A stretch of 52,984 nucleotides of DNA from a virus (taxonomy: Duplodnaviria; Caudoviricetes). Location of the stretch: the IMG/VR virus record IMGVR_UViG_3300031885_000019, positions 1 through 52,984 of that record; one strand, 5' to 3'. Shown piece after piece: positions 44,301 to 52,775 of the stretch. The notes under the pieces were generated by a model. That model was given only the letters and a program-made list of their open reading frames with translations, was not told the origin of the DNA and did no database searches. How positions within the stretch are numbered: the first letter of the stretch is position 1; each line of letters starts with the position of its first letter. A program made the position numbers and the translations under genes.

Positions 44301-45805
44301 CGACTATGGCTGGACTCGTTGCCGGTGTGGGGAAACTCCAGGGTCACTCCGAGGACCAGATCCTCAAGGACATCGCTACGGCCATCAATCCTAGGTCCGG
44401 CAAGAAGTTCATGGCTATGAACATCGGCGGCAACTGGTACGGACTGGGCGGCACCTACCGGTCCGGATTCGCTATGTTAGCCGGACTCGCCGACAAGGAC
44501 AACTGGAACTATGACAACTGGGAGGCCACCACGCCTGGCGGCCTGCACCTCCCGAACGGCATTTGGGATAACCCGATTACCCGCGGCTGGCGGTCCCGTG
44601 GGGCCCCCGCCACTACCAAACTGGTTGATTTCCTGAACGGCGCGGACTACATCGGGCAGCAGGTGGACATCGGGGCTTTTATGGACGACCCCAGCAAACT
44701 ACTCAACTACTTCACCGACAACTTCACGCCCATCACGATTAACGCCTACCTACAGGGACAAGGTGACTGGCAACGGAGGTTGCCGCGGTCGATGGCTGAG
44801 TTCTTTGGTCTCCGTACCTCCCCGGAGACAGGCGGTGAGGCCCAAACCGCCATCCGTAACAAAGTCTCCAACCAGATGTACGGCATGGACTACGACAAGT
44901 TGGTAAACAACCGCGTTGCCCGCCAACGGGTCAACGATAGTCCGGATGTCGTGGCCGTGCTGGAGGGGTACGTTCGCCCCATGCAGCAATACCGCCCAGA
45001 GACCGCCTGGGACAAATACATCAAGCAGTCGGAAGACGTGCGGGCGAGCTACGGAACCCAGAAAGAGACATTGGATACCGCCGCCCGCAATCACACATTG
45101 ACTGGTGCCGAATACAAGAACAAGTATTCCTCCCTCCAGACACAGGAGTTCGGAGAACTTACAGGTATCCAGAACACGTTAGGCATCACCTTCACGGACA
45201 AGAATGCGCCTCCGGACACTGTAGACGCTGCCCTGAACGCCTATTTCGCCGTTGACCTGACCAACTACACCGACCCGACGACCATGCAAACCGACTGGGA
45301 AGGCTTCTATGCCGACCGTGAGACGGCTCTTGCTGGACTCTCAGACACAGACCGCGGCGATGTGGATTGGTATCTGTCCCGGCATGAGAGCGAGCTACAC
45401 CGAGATTTCCAGAAGGCCTCTGATGAGATCATCAAGCCCTCCGGCTATCTGGACGCACGTACAGTTGTGGCCAAGGCCCTCAAGGTTGATCTCCCCACCC
45501 TGCAAAAGGCCGCACAGCAGGCCCTCTTGGAAAGGGGAGCACGTGCCGGTGGCGCCGACACGTGGTTGGTGGTGGATGAAATGCTGAACCAGGGTCTTGA
45601 GGCTAGGTACGGGAAGGGCCGCACACTTTCCAGTCTGCGAACCGCCCTCCGGCAGGCCAGCCCCCGTCTGGACGTTGAACTGTACCGGCAGGGGTATGTC
45701 GATAAGGTTCAGACTTTGGCGGCTGTGCAGACGGCCAAAGACCTTATGGCGCAGTACCCCGACCGCGCCTACTCTATACCTCCGGCTGTGCAGGGAGCGA
45801 AGTAA
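41315..45805 (+). CDS. Giant internal virion/ejection-type protein (1496 aa) with ART-like segment
   Basis: Size and position; G/A-rich hydrophobic segments; VLYRGT...AFLTP...A.VYA near 42437. Confidence 0.65.
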   Translation: MPFTLPGETADAAIRRVRSSRAAVATAVPAPASTPTPTPPPSPAPTPTPSPASTPIPGVAVEEQASPPAAPALPPTPYYVTALGKPSEPAPREFTFQPWQPADMVATQDELKQEIQLWEGAGGISRPRGAASDVYDAYGNIFTVEKNMGALLDQVSNYDPTSVKDLKRAATGYTVSVASLNPRKAVIDAVNSIAKERPDDYTTYLASDAGLQDLFKRSQIGLLTPPNFIEISPVNIKDWSPVLIRAHLPAGPLTEILAKTAETVFDPLFVATLPIFPGATIGAKALMMGEVAGGMAAGEEGAEAVGAPPIVGQLVGGIALPGLVGLTRAGIRATLERAMASPEVGTPATELLRQQGAIVTGADEISRALGTEPRVLYRGTSTALGDQPLGEGAFLTPIKEDAQVYAETTARIHGGEPRVITVEAAPDAIVPSEIPGLAADRGAVRVTNPAGIKPIVEGAPLPAIAGGANMLTPDVMNNMARAILERPEAQDLLRKTANILAEYIPGAKLLIEAINRMALAEDPHLAGAFRWVLSKQWQDAQREVALASYRATKAPFIENEIGQIWLPEAVGSTKGSWIAVGDVFENVMRGESTYLPRLSAEQVSWIKRATGTLKQFTVEAEAATGEKIATREVYWPRFVKDPTAGRWSIGAGLTGRGRPPALFRRMFEEQQEAIAEHGLRYKPGVVSQMDLYAQGMQRIARNGLVDAWWKQQGVTRIGSPTLRERPIGELGFGFRGVMNKEQLRDVATIIGPSTRNPLITIPSKVNSVFRLLLTGTADTGWGAIQLMTMPFSPAGPGKWVEAMARGFYNMIANPRGFYEFVANSPAARRYAMYGGNLGLDTEFFEATKMLGPSGIPVVGPVWNVASYPLRTFVRRLEVGFETSLAYGRIFTFDAMADAAHAPSLAARVAGAPAELAGEALHDELYRVARFTDTLIGQPMLEGVVSPSQMKFESAWVWFAARYTRSFLGTLSYVAGSGYTPAQARVILAKMLMGGMATMAGLVAGVGKLQGHSEDQILKDIATAINPRSGKKFMAMNIGGNWYGLGGTYRSGFAMLAGLADKDNWNYDNWEATTPGGLHLPNGIWDNPITRGWRSRGAPATTKLVDFLNGADYIGQQVDIGAFMDDPSKLLNYFTDNFTPITINAYLQGQGDWQRRLPRSMAEFFGLRTSPETGGEAQTAIRNKVSNQMYGMDYDKLVNNRVARQRVNDSPDVVAVLEGYVRPMQQYRPETAWDKYIKQSEDVRASYGTQKETLDTAARNHTLTGAEYKNKYSSLQTQEFGELTGIQNTLGITFTDKNAPPDTVDAALNAYFAVDLTNYTDPTTMQTDWEGFYADRETALAGLSDTDRGDVDWYLSRHESELHRDFQKASDEIIKPSGYLDARTVVAKALKVDLPTLQKAAQQALLERGARAGGADTWLVVDEMLNQGLEARYGKGRTLSSLRTALRQASPRLDVELYRQGYVDKVQTLAAVQTAKDLMAQYPDRAYSIPPAVQGAK

Positions 45806-45810
45806 TCAGT

Positions 45811-45862
45811 TCAAATGCTCAAGCCGCTTGACAATTAGACACCACTTTCGGTTATCCTAATA
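45811..45862 (+). promoter_or_regulatory. Promoter for scaffold/capsid genes
   Basis: TTGACA-19-TATCCT-AATA; 23/26 identity to 33258-33283. Confidence 0.6.
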
Positions 45863-45893
45863 GTGGAGAGACCTAAGAGGAGGTTCCTTACCA

Positions 45894-46793
45894 ATGGTAA
45901 ACGTTATCAATGACGAGGTGACGGGAACTCGGATGGAAGTAGTGGATCCTGATTCGGAAGACGATCCCCTGTTGACGGATGAGGCGCGTGTGGCGAGGGC
46001 TGCTGCTTCGGGAGCAGTCGCGGCGCCCGCTCCTCCTGCCACAGAGGTCGCCAGCCCGCAGGCTGCACCGGCTACCACAGAAGTCCCGCCCGCTGCACCG
46101 ACTCCGACTGAGGCCCCGCCCGCCGAATCTGCGGCTGCGGAGGGTGCCGAGGATGAGGAGACCGCTGCGGCCCTCGGACGACTGGACACCTTCTTAGAAG
46201 AGCGGGAGAAGGAGCACCGCGAGGCCCTTCGTAGCAGGGATCAAGCGATCACCCGCCTCCAGCAAGACCACGCGGCTCAGATAAAGTCTATCCGCGCAGA
46301 GTTGCGTGAGACGCAGCTCACTGGTCTGGAAGAAGAGGACAAGAAGGCACTCTTGAAGAAGTGGGCCGACGACGACCGCACGACCGAGTTGGATGCGTAT
46401 GCCGAGACCCTCAAGGGTTACGACCACGACCTGATGGTTGTGCGTCTGACCACAGGGTACGGACAGTACGGTGTCAAGGAGGAAGACCTCCAAGACAAGA
46501 CCATCGACGAGATGGAACTGTACTGCCGGGACGCCAAAGCGGACCACTTCGAGAAACTGGCCAAGGGCGGCATACACGCCGCGGCACCGCAGACGCCACC
46601 GACTAATGTGGCGGCCCCCGCTCCGGCGCAGCCTGCGCCGAGTACCCCGGCAGGGCTAACGGCCCCGTCGGATGTGGGCAGTGGAACTCCTGCCCCCAAG
46701 GAACATGAGTTCAACCCGAAGCAGGGTAGAGATGCCATGCTTGAAAACTTGAACAACCTGCCAACGGAGTCGATCCAAGTCCGAAAGGCTTAG
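45894..46793 (+). CDS. Capsid scaffolding protein
   Basis: Acidic P/A-rich N-terminus, coiled coil, upstream of the capsid gene; RBS GAGGAGG. Confidence 0.7.
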   Translation: MVNVINDEVTGTRMEVVDPDSEDDPLLTDEARVARAAASGAVAAPAPPATEVASPQAAPATTEVPPAAPTPTEAPPAESAAAEGAEDEETAAALGRLDTFLEEREKEHREALRSRDQAITRLQQDHAAQIKSIRAELRETQLTGLEEEDKKALLKKWADDDRTTELDAYAETLKGYDHDLMVVRLTTGYGQYGVKEEDLQDKTIDEMELYCRDAKADHFEKLAKGGIHAAAPQTPPTNVAAPAPAQPAPSTPAGLTAPSDVGSGTPAPKEHEFNPKQGRDAMLENLNNLPTESIQVRKA

Positions 46794-46872
46794 ACCGTCG
46801 CCTCCGTTGGGAATCAGTACACGGCGTAGGCCGAATCGAAAGAAAAGGAGAACCCAGGCTTCCGTAAGGAAC

Positions 46873-47481
46873 CTACAACCGAATATCGGGGAGTGCGGTG
46901 ATCCCGCGTGTCACCTCCCGATGGCATCGGGCACAGAGTGGGGTAAGGTTTCCTGCTACATAACCCAACTCAGGCTTGATGCGATGGGCCTCAGAGGGTA
47001 GTTTGTTATACCCGCAGAGCCGACAGGGGGCCGCTCTTGTATCCCTACATGCTGTAGCATCTCGACCGTAGATGCGCCGCCGACCGTGTTCGGTTTCGTA
47101 CCAGGTCTTGTAGTGTTCCATGCATAGGCCACGCGCCCGGTGTGGGTGAGGACAGTCAGGGATTTTACAGGGGCGCCGCTTACGCGGTCGATTCAACCAG
47201 CACTCACGGCACAGTTGTCCTGTGGACTCTGAGCCCTTGAGTTTAGGGCGCGGCTTTCCGCATTGCTGACATGGGTGCATGTTCTGTACATGCTTCTGGT
47301 GGCAAGGCCAACAGCGTTTGGATAGAGCAACTCCGCCGTGTTTGCCCTTGTTGAGATAGTGTCCGCAATCCTCACACCGTGCTGGTTCTTTACGCTGTTT
47401 GGCCAACCAGCATGGGCGGCAAATCTTGGATCCCGGATATACGGGATGACCACACTCTCCGATAACGTCTGGTTTAGACAT
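46873..47481 (-). CDS. HNH endonuclease with multiple zinc fingers, antisense in the capsid operon
   Basis: Many CxxC; CRLCG...AHRI...GY...NL.PLCARCH; RBS TGAAGGGAGAGAG; promoter TTGACA-18-TG.TATGGT (47503-47532). Confidence 0.8.
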   Translation of the reverse strand: MSKPDVIGECGHPVYPGSKICRPCWLAKQRKEPARCEDCGHYLNKGKHGGVALSKRCWPCHQKHVQNMHPCQQCGKPRPKLKGSESTGQLCRECWLNRPRKRRPCKIPDCPHPHRARGLCMEHYKTWYETEHGRRRIYGRDATACRDTRAAPCRLCGYNKLPSEAHRIKPELGYVAGNLTPLCARCHREVTRGITALPDIRL

Positions 47482-47575
47482 GGGCTCTCTCCCTTCATCT
47501 AAACCATAACATGGTTCCGTTACGGTTGTCAATACTACAATTCCAGGGACGATTTTAACCGAGAGAATTGCAGGT

Positions 47576-48739
47576 ATGCCCGACGCCGGATTTCCGGCGG
47601 AGTTTGATACATCCCTTACGAGCAAGGTGCGTTTCGTTGCGCCTCTCTTGGTCAACATGAGCGAGCGCAGCGCCGACCTGCTCAAGTACGTGGGCGGGCC
47701 GGAGTCCTTCGACTTCCGCACCACCAAGGTCGAGTGGCAGGAAGATGACGTATGGAACCGGCGACTGTCGCACGGTGGTCTGGCTGCGGCTGGCACCGTC
47801 GCCCTGGTCGTGACCGCTGCGGCTCACCGCTACCCCGTCGGCACCATCCTGTACATTCCGAGCGACATAGAGTATGTCCGCGTCATCGGTCACGCCGACG
47901 CGAACACCCTCACCATCGCCCGCGACATCTATACGACCGCCACTGGTGGGGCAGGTGCCGTGGCTGCCGCGGCCGAGATCATCGTGTCGGGCCACTCTAT
48001 GGACGAGAACGATGACTACGTGTTCCGTCCCACCGCCATTTTCAACTTCCCGTTCAACTACCCCCAGATTCAGCAGGATGGCATTCAGGCCAGCTTCCGG
48101 CGCCAGGAGACCGCGCTACTCAATATGCGCGGTTCCGACCTGGACTACCGGGCGTTGGACCTGGTTGCCGAACAGTTCGTGGCACTGGAGCAGACCGTCC
48201 TTACGGGCCAGCGGTTCGCAGGCACAGCCGGTGTTCCGTCGGCCTCTGGAGGCCTGATCTTCTACGTCACGTCGGCCCTCGGAGCCTCTGTTGTCGCCCT
48301 TGGTGGGGCCGCTCTAACCCGCAAGGACATTGACGACAGGCTCCAGGTTCTCTTCTACCAGGTCGGCGCGGACAAGATGGCGAAGACCCTTCTCTGTGGC
48401 GCCTGGGCGAAGAGGAAGATCAGTTCGTTCTGGTCCTCGTCCGAGCGGCTGGGCCCCGGTGTAACCGATGCCGGTGTGGTCGTTGACCGCATCAACACCG
48501 ACTTTGGTGTGGTGGAGATCCTACTTCACACGTCGCTGGCCGTGGACGACATGTACCTCATCAACCGTGACCAGATCAAGGTCGGCCACCACGGACAGCG
48601 TGGGCGCCCCCACCTGGAGGAACTGCCGCCTTCCATCGTCGGTCCCCGTTCGCAGAAGGTGTTTTACAGTGACACCTCCATCATCGTGTCGGGTGTCCAG
48701 TCGATGGGCCGCATCAGTGGCTTCAGCACCGCGGCGTAG
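47576..48739 (+). CDS. Major capsid protein (SU10/DUF5309-like)
   Basis: TKVEWQED, NYPQI, GGL..YV, VD.INTDFG.VEI; follows the scaffold. Confidence 0.85.
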   Translation: MPDAGFPAEFDTSLTSKVRFVAPLLVNMSERSADLLKYVGGPESFDFRTTKVEWQEDDVWNRRLSHGGLAAAGTVALVVTAAAHRYPVGTILYIPSDIEYVRVIGHADANTLTIARDIYTTATGGAGAVAAAAEIIVSGHSMDENDDYVFRPTAIFNFPFNYPQIQQDGIQASFRRQETALLNMRGSDLDYRALDLVAEQFVALEQTVLTGQRFAGTAGVPSASGGLIFYVTSALGASVVALGGAALTRKDIDDRLQVLFYQVGADKMAKTLLCGAWAKRKISSFWSSSERLGPGVTDAGVVVDRINTDFGVVEILLHTSLAVDDMYLINRDQIKVGHHGQRGRPHLEELPPSIVGPRSQKVFYSDTSIIVSGVQSMGRISGFSTAA

Positions 48740-48749
48740 GCCTAAGAGA

Positions 48750-48781
48750 TAAAACGGGGGCGGGGGATTGGCCCCGCCCCT
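48750..48781. terminator. GC-rich hairpin after the capsid gene
   Basis: GGGGCGGGG/CCCCGCCCC; the U-tract is only on the - strand side. Confidence 0.45.
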
Positions 48782-48793
48782 GGAGGCAAGTCA

Positions 48794-49060
48794 ATGCCAC
48801 AGAATCCGATTACGGGGGTTGAAGAGGTCGGGGGACCACAACCCAACGCCCCGGCTGGTGATGCCCCCAATCGACCGTTCACAATAGGCTACGCTGCCAA
48901 CGGAGAACCCGTGGTACTGGCAATCGGTAACGCTACCGATGATGCCGGTATCGTCTCGGAGATCGGGGCCGACGCCAAGTTTGCAGACGGCTCCCTCTAC
49001 CTGAGCACAGGTACGGGTCTCCTGTTCCAGAAACGTAGCGACCTGTGGACGAATATCTAG
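48794..49060 (+). CDS. Small virion accessory protein
   Basis: GSLYLST..G.LFQK...W pattern; RBS GGAGG. Confidence 0.6.
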   Translation: MPQNPITGVEEVGGPQPNAPAGDAPNRPFTIGYAANGEPVVLAIGNATDDAGIVSEIGADAKFADGSLYLSTGTGLLFQKRSDLWTNI

Positions 49061-49072
49061 GGAGAAACGAAC

Positions 49073-49720
49073 ATGGCCAAAGATTACATTAACGGGGAGG
49101 AGAACCTGGAGCCGTGGCCCCGCCCTGCGATGGCCTCGCCCGGTGAACGGACCTACCTGGACATCGACATAGGCCGCATCCCGGCAAGCGTTCTCTACGC
49201 CAACGACATGGCCGGTCTTGCCATCAATGTCGTTGGGCAATTTCCCGGCCCTGCTGGAACCCAGACGGGTGGTCTGGAGGGTCTACGGGTTTCCGTGACC
49301 CCGACAGGCACCGATGGTCGGCGCTTGGCAGGTATCTACGCATCCGTCAACATCGTCGTACCTGATCAGCCGGGTGTGTGGGAAGTCGTCACCGGCTTCT
49401 ATTGTGCTGGCGAGTTCGAGGTCAACACGATAAACACTGGAGACCAGAGCATTTATGCCGTTCTCCAGTTGAGGGACATCAACACCAACGTCACCCACGG
49501 GGCACATGCTGCTCGGTCCTTCATACGACTGCGGAGTTCGACGGTGCCCCCACTGAACCTCTTTAACTTTGCGAACGAGGACGTTGCCAGCGCCCACGAC
49601 AGCGGACGCATGGTTGTCGAAACCGGCGACCAGCTCGTTGGCACAATGGACGTGATGATTCGGTGTTTGGTCGGCGCTACACCCGTCTGGTTGTGGGCAA
49701 GCAGCGGGGCACCTAACTAA
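49073..49720 (+). CDS. Putative virion (fibre/decoration) protein
   Basis: Beta-rich composition; RBS GGGAG. Confidence 0.55.
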   Translation: MAKDYINGEENLEPWPRPAMASPGERTYLDIDIGRIPASVLYANDMAGLAINVVGQFPGPAGTQTGGLEGLRVSVTPTGTDGRRLAGIYASVNIVVPDQPGVWEVVTGFYCAGEFEVNTINTGDQSIYAVLQLRDINTNVTHGAHAARSFIRLRSSTVPPLNLFNFANEDVASAHDSGRMVVETGDQLVGTMDVMIRCLVGATPVWLWASSGAPN

Positions 49721-49736
49721 CGTCTAGTAGCGCCAA

Positions 49737-49770
49737 CAGGGGCCCGGCGCTTGCAAATCGGGCCCCTTTA
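49737..49770 (+). terminator. Intrinsic terminator-like hairpin
   Basis: AGGGGCCCG...CGGGCCCCT followed by TT. Confidence 0.5.
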
Positions 49771-49790
49771 CCAAAGAGGGGAGAGACGAG

Positions 49791-50126
49791 ATGGAACTGA
49801 AAGTAGCTGAGAGGCTCATGCTGATGAACCTCCTAGCTCCAATAGAGGGCGACATTACGGCATTGCGCCTTGTCCGCTCTCTACAGGTGAACCTGGGGTT
49901 CAACGAAGAGGAAACGGCGGCCCTCGCCTTTAACCAGGAGACACCGGGACGAGTTGCGTGGAAGCAGGAAGCCGATGTTCCGACAGAGATCGAGATTGGC
50001 CCCGCTGCCAAGGCGATCATCGCCACCCAGCTCAAGAAGGCGAGTGCCATGAAGACTCTCTCACTGCAACAACTAGACCTTTACGAGAAGTTCGTTGAGG
50101 AGGACAAAGAACCTCCTACCGAATAG
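49791..50126 (+). CDS. Hypothetical protein (possible fibre chaperone)
   Basis: RBS GAGGGGAG; follows the putative fibre gene. Confidence 0.6.
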   Translation: MELKVAERLMLMNLLAPIEGDITALRLVRSLQVNLGFNEEETAALAFNQETPGRVAWKQEADVPTEIEIGPAAKAIIATQLKKASAMKTLSLQQLDLYEKFVEEDKEPPTE

Positions 50127-50250
50127 GTGAGGAGAACGTAGGCGAGGTAGTTTAAGCATAGCGAATCGGGGGCCGAGGGCTTGACCTCCTCGCCTTCTCC
50201 TCCGGCCCGGAGCCCCCCTTCGCACGTGAAATTATAAAAGGAGTAAACCA

Positions 50251-50682
50251 ATGGCTGGTAAGGGAGTTGGAGACATCTTCCTGGTCAACGTGCCAATCCC
50301 CGACCCGATTCTGGCGGCTGCGCCGTCGGGAACGGATGTGGGACTGCTTCTCGTCCCCTGTGGCTTCAGTATATCCGTCGAGTTGCTCAGTATCTCGGTG
50401 GGGGCCAACGTCCTCGCAATCGATGGCACCGACCCTGTGACGCTGGACATCGAGTTCCGCGATGTCTCGGCTGGCACCACCGCGAACCTCGTGGCCGCAC
50501 AGGATCTAGAGGTCACCGGCCTGAATGTCGCTCCAGGTGGTACGACAATCTGGCGGGGTTCGCAGATATTGGACTCGGACGACGCCTTGAACGCCGAGTT
50601 CACCCGTACTACTCCGGACACCGCAGGTCAGGGCTACCACATCGTCCTGGAGTGCCGCCTCGTGGCACGGAGCGGCGACTAG
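50251..50682 (+). CDS. Putative capsid decoration protein
   Basis: Beta-sandwich-like composition; RBS AAAGGAG. Confidence 0.55.
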   Translation: MAGKGVGDIFLVNVPIPDPILAAAPSGTDVGLLLVPCGFSISVELLSISVGANVLAIDGTDPVTLDIEFRDVSAGTTANLVAAQDLEVTGLNVAPGGTTIWRGSQILDSDDALNAEFTRTTPDTAGQGYHIVLECRLVARSGD

Positions 50683-50753
50683 GCCAACATAAGTAGTTTG
50701 TGGGGCCTCTGGATAGGCCGGAGGCCCCTATGCAAAAGGAGGAGACATCACCA

Positions 50754-51416
50754 ATGGTAGAAGACGGCGGCGCTGGCATCGTCCTAGATGAGGACCAGCG
50801 CAAAGAGGCCCTGGCCCAGATAGCGGCCAGGAACGCAGTGGAGGCAAAGGCGGCTGCGGGTATGAAGACCGCCCGGAAAGAAGGCCGCGTTCCTGACCCC
50901 ATTCCCGGTCTGCGGGTCTTCATTAGTCCACAGCATCCCAACACTAGTTTCCTGATCAAGGCCGGAGTGGTGATGTCTTTCCGAGACCCCAACTCTCCGA
51001 CCGGCAAGCGCGACACGGCCCGTGATGGTGACATCTTCGCCGAGTTCCACAACGGAGTACTGGCGACAGATGACCCCGAAGTGATCTCATGGTGTGAGGC
51101 GCACGGCCCCTATGAGGATCTCCACGTCACCTACCACCGTGAGAAGGAGACGGACCCGCGCCGGTGTCAGGCCAGGGTTGGGCTGTGCTGTGATGCCAGC
51201 AACCCGATGGCCGAGGCTTGGGCCGAGTTCAAGGCCGCCCAGGTTCCACTAGCTAACCGCGAGGCCACGATGCCACCGGGCATCGACGTGGACAAGATCC
51301 TCACCGGCGGCACACTCTCTGGGCACACAGGCGGCGAGGGAGAGAAGTTGGTCCGTGCGGCAAAGGCTACGGGCAGGGCGGGTAGGGCCGCCAAGGGTGA
51401 AGAGGGCGAGGAGTAG
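50754..51416 (+). CDS. Hypothetical protein
   Basis: RBS AAGGAGG before ATG 50754. Confidence 0.6.
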   Translation: MVEDGGAGIVLDEDQRKEALAQIAARNAVEAKAAAGMKTARKEGRVPDPIPGLRVFISPQHPNTSFLIKAGVVMSFRDPNSPTGKRDTARDGDIFAEFHNGVLATDDPEVISWCEAHGPYEDLHVTYHREKETDPRRCQARVGLCCDASNPMAEAWAEFKAAQVPLANREATMPPGIDVDKILTGGTLSGHTGGEGEKLVRAAKATGRAGRAAKGEEGEE

Positions 51417-51428
51417 TAGGCACCGCCG

Positions 51429-51857
51429 ATGATCCCTTTCCCCGAACTCAAAGCCTTCCGAAATTGGGACGCGACTGGCTCGGATAAGGTGATCTTCATA
51501 GTCCCGAATGGAGAAGTCTACGAGCTTCTCTGGGTCCATGCCGCGGTTGTGGCCACCGCCAACGTGGGCGACCGGCAATTCCGCCTTGTCGTGTACGACG
51601 CTGGGGGGAACCTAACTCTCCAGGCTCTCACAGGCGAGTTCGTCGAGGCCGGTGAGACGTGGGGGATAGCCTGGGCACCTGATCTTCCCCTCCAGGAGGA
51701 TCAGACCGGCGTGAATCTAATGTTTGTCCCTCTTCCGGCCCCACTGCTACTCCCGGTTGGGTATGCCGTTCGGGTGCAGGACGTTAGCGCCATAGATCCG
51801 GACAACGACAGCATGTACCTCGATGCGCTGGTGCGGCGCTACCAGCCGGGCGCGTAG
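51429..51857 (+). CDS. Virion-associated paralogue 1 of 3
   Basis: PFPELKAF...VP.GEVYELL...RQ...W...WAP.LPLQED.TG...P.G. Confidence 0.75.
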   Translation: MIPFPELKAFRNWDATGSDKVIFIVPNGEVYELLWVHAAVVATANVGDRQFRLVVYDAGGNLTLQALTGEFVEAGETWGIAWAPDLPLQEDQTGVNLMFVPLPAPLLLPVGYAVRVQDVSAIDPDNDSMYLDALVRRYQPGA

Positions 51858-51883
51858 GTGGATAACACTATAGGGGTGTGACA

Positions 51884-52312
51884 ATGTTCCCTTTCCCAGA
51901 ACTCAAAGCCTTCCAGGACTTAACCCTGGATGACTCAGCTAAGGCGATCTTCACGGTGCCCGCAGGCGAAGTCTACGAGCTTCTCTGGGTTCACATTCAA
52001 GTTACCGCCTCCGCCAAGGCGGGCAACCGGCAGTTCTGTGTCGATGTCATCGACAACAGCGCCGTCCTCGTTCTCCAGATCCACACAGGCGAGTTCGTCA
52101 CGGCCAACGAGGTATGGGAGATAACCTGGGCACCTTCGTACCCTCTCCAGGAGGATGAGACTGGCGTGAAACTGATGCTTGCGCCTCTCCCAAGCCCCCT
52201 GTCGATCCCGACTGGATGGACGGTGGGAGTGAAGGATTATTACGGCGTGGATGTAGCCGTTGACCACATGCTCGTGAATGCGCTGGTACGGCGCATCTGC
52301 CCAGGCGAATAG
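51884..52312 (+). CDS. Virion-associated paralogue 2 of 3
   Basis: Same motifs; start ATG 51884 or GTG 51878. Confidence 0.75.
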   Translation: MFPFPELKAFQDLTLDDSAKAIFTVPAGEVYELLWVHIQVTASAKAGNRQFCVDVIDNSAVLVLQIHTGEFVTANEVWEITWAPSYPLQEDETGVKLMLAPLPSPLSIPTGWTVGVKDYYGVDVAVDHMLVNALVRRICPGE

Positions 52313-52337
52313 AGGGGCAACACCGCGGAGACGTGCA

Positions 52338-52775
52338 GTGATACCTTTTCCTGAACTCAAAGCCTTCCAGGATTGGGCCGAGAACGATTCGGACAAGATC
52401 CTATTCACAGTTCCTGATAGCGAAGTCTATGAGTTGCTCCGAGTCTACTGCATGTACATAGCTGACGCCAAGAACCAGGACGACCGGCAACTCGTTCTCC
52501 AGATACGTGACACGGCGGGAGTTGTCGTCCTTTCGGCCATCATGGGCGATGTCGTCAGTCAAGGGGAGACATGGTACGTGACCTGGGCGCCGGGTCTCCC
52601 CCTTATCGAGGATGAGACAGGCCTGAAGAAGGCCCTCATACCCCTGCCGAATCCAACACTGATCCCGACCGGGTTTTCCGTGCGGGTGTTTGACATCAAT
52701 GCTGTACTTCCGGCCAATGACGACATGTACCTTGATGCAGTCGTGAGCCGCGACCAGCCGGGCCCGGACCAGTAA
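52338..52775 (+). CDS. Virion-associated paralogue 3 of 3
   Basis: Same motifs; GTG start aligned to the paralogues, RBS GGAG. Confidence 0.75.
   Translation: MIPFPELKAFQDWAENDSDKILFTVPDSEVYELLRVYCMYIADAKNQDDRQLVLQIRDTAGVVVLSAIMGDVVSQGETWYVTWAPGLPLIEDETGLKKALIPLPNPTLIPTGFSVRVFDINAVLPANDDMYLDAVVSRDQPGPDQ

Noticed and set aside
46862-47525. Group I or II intron around the HNH gene
   Set aside because: The ORF with its promoter fills nearly the whole insert, leaving no room for a catalytic core, and no intron consensus was seen.
46873-47796. 307-aa version of the HNH ORF
   Set aside because: The extension overlaps the capsid gene antisense; the SD and promoter point to ATG 47481.
51429-52775. 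Diversity-generating retroelement TR/VR pair
   Set aside because: Differences are not adenine-specific, all three copies are full ORFs, and there is no reverse transcriptase in the window.
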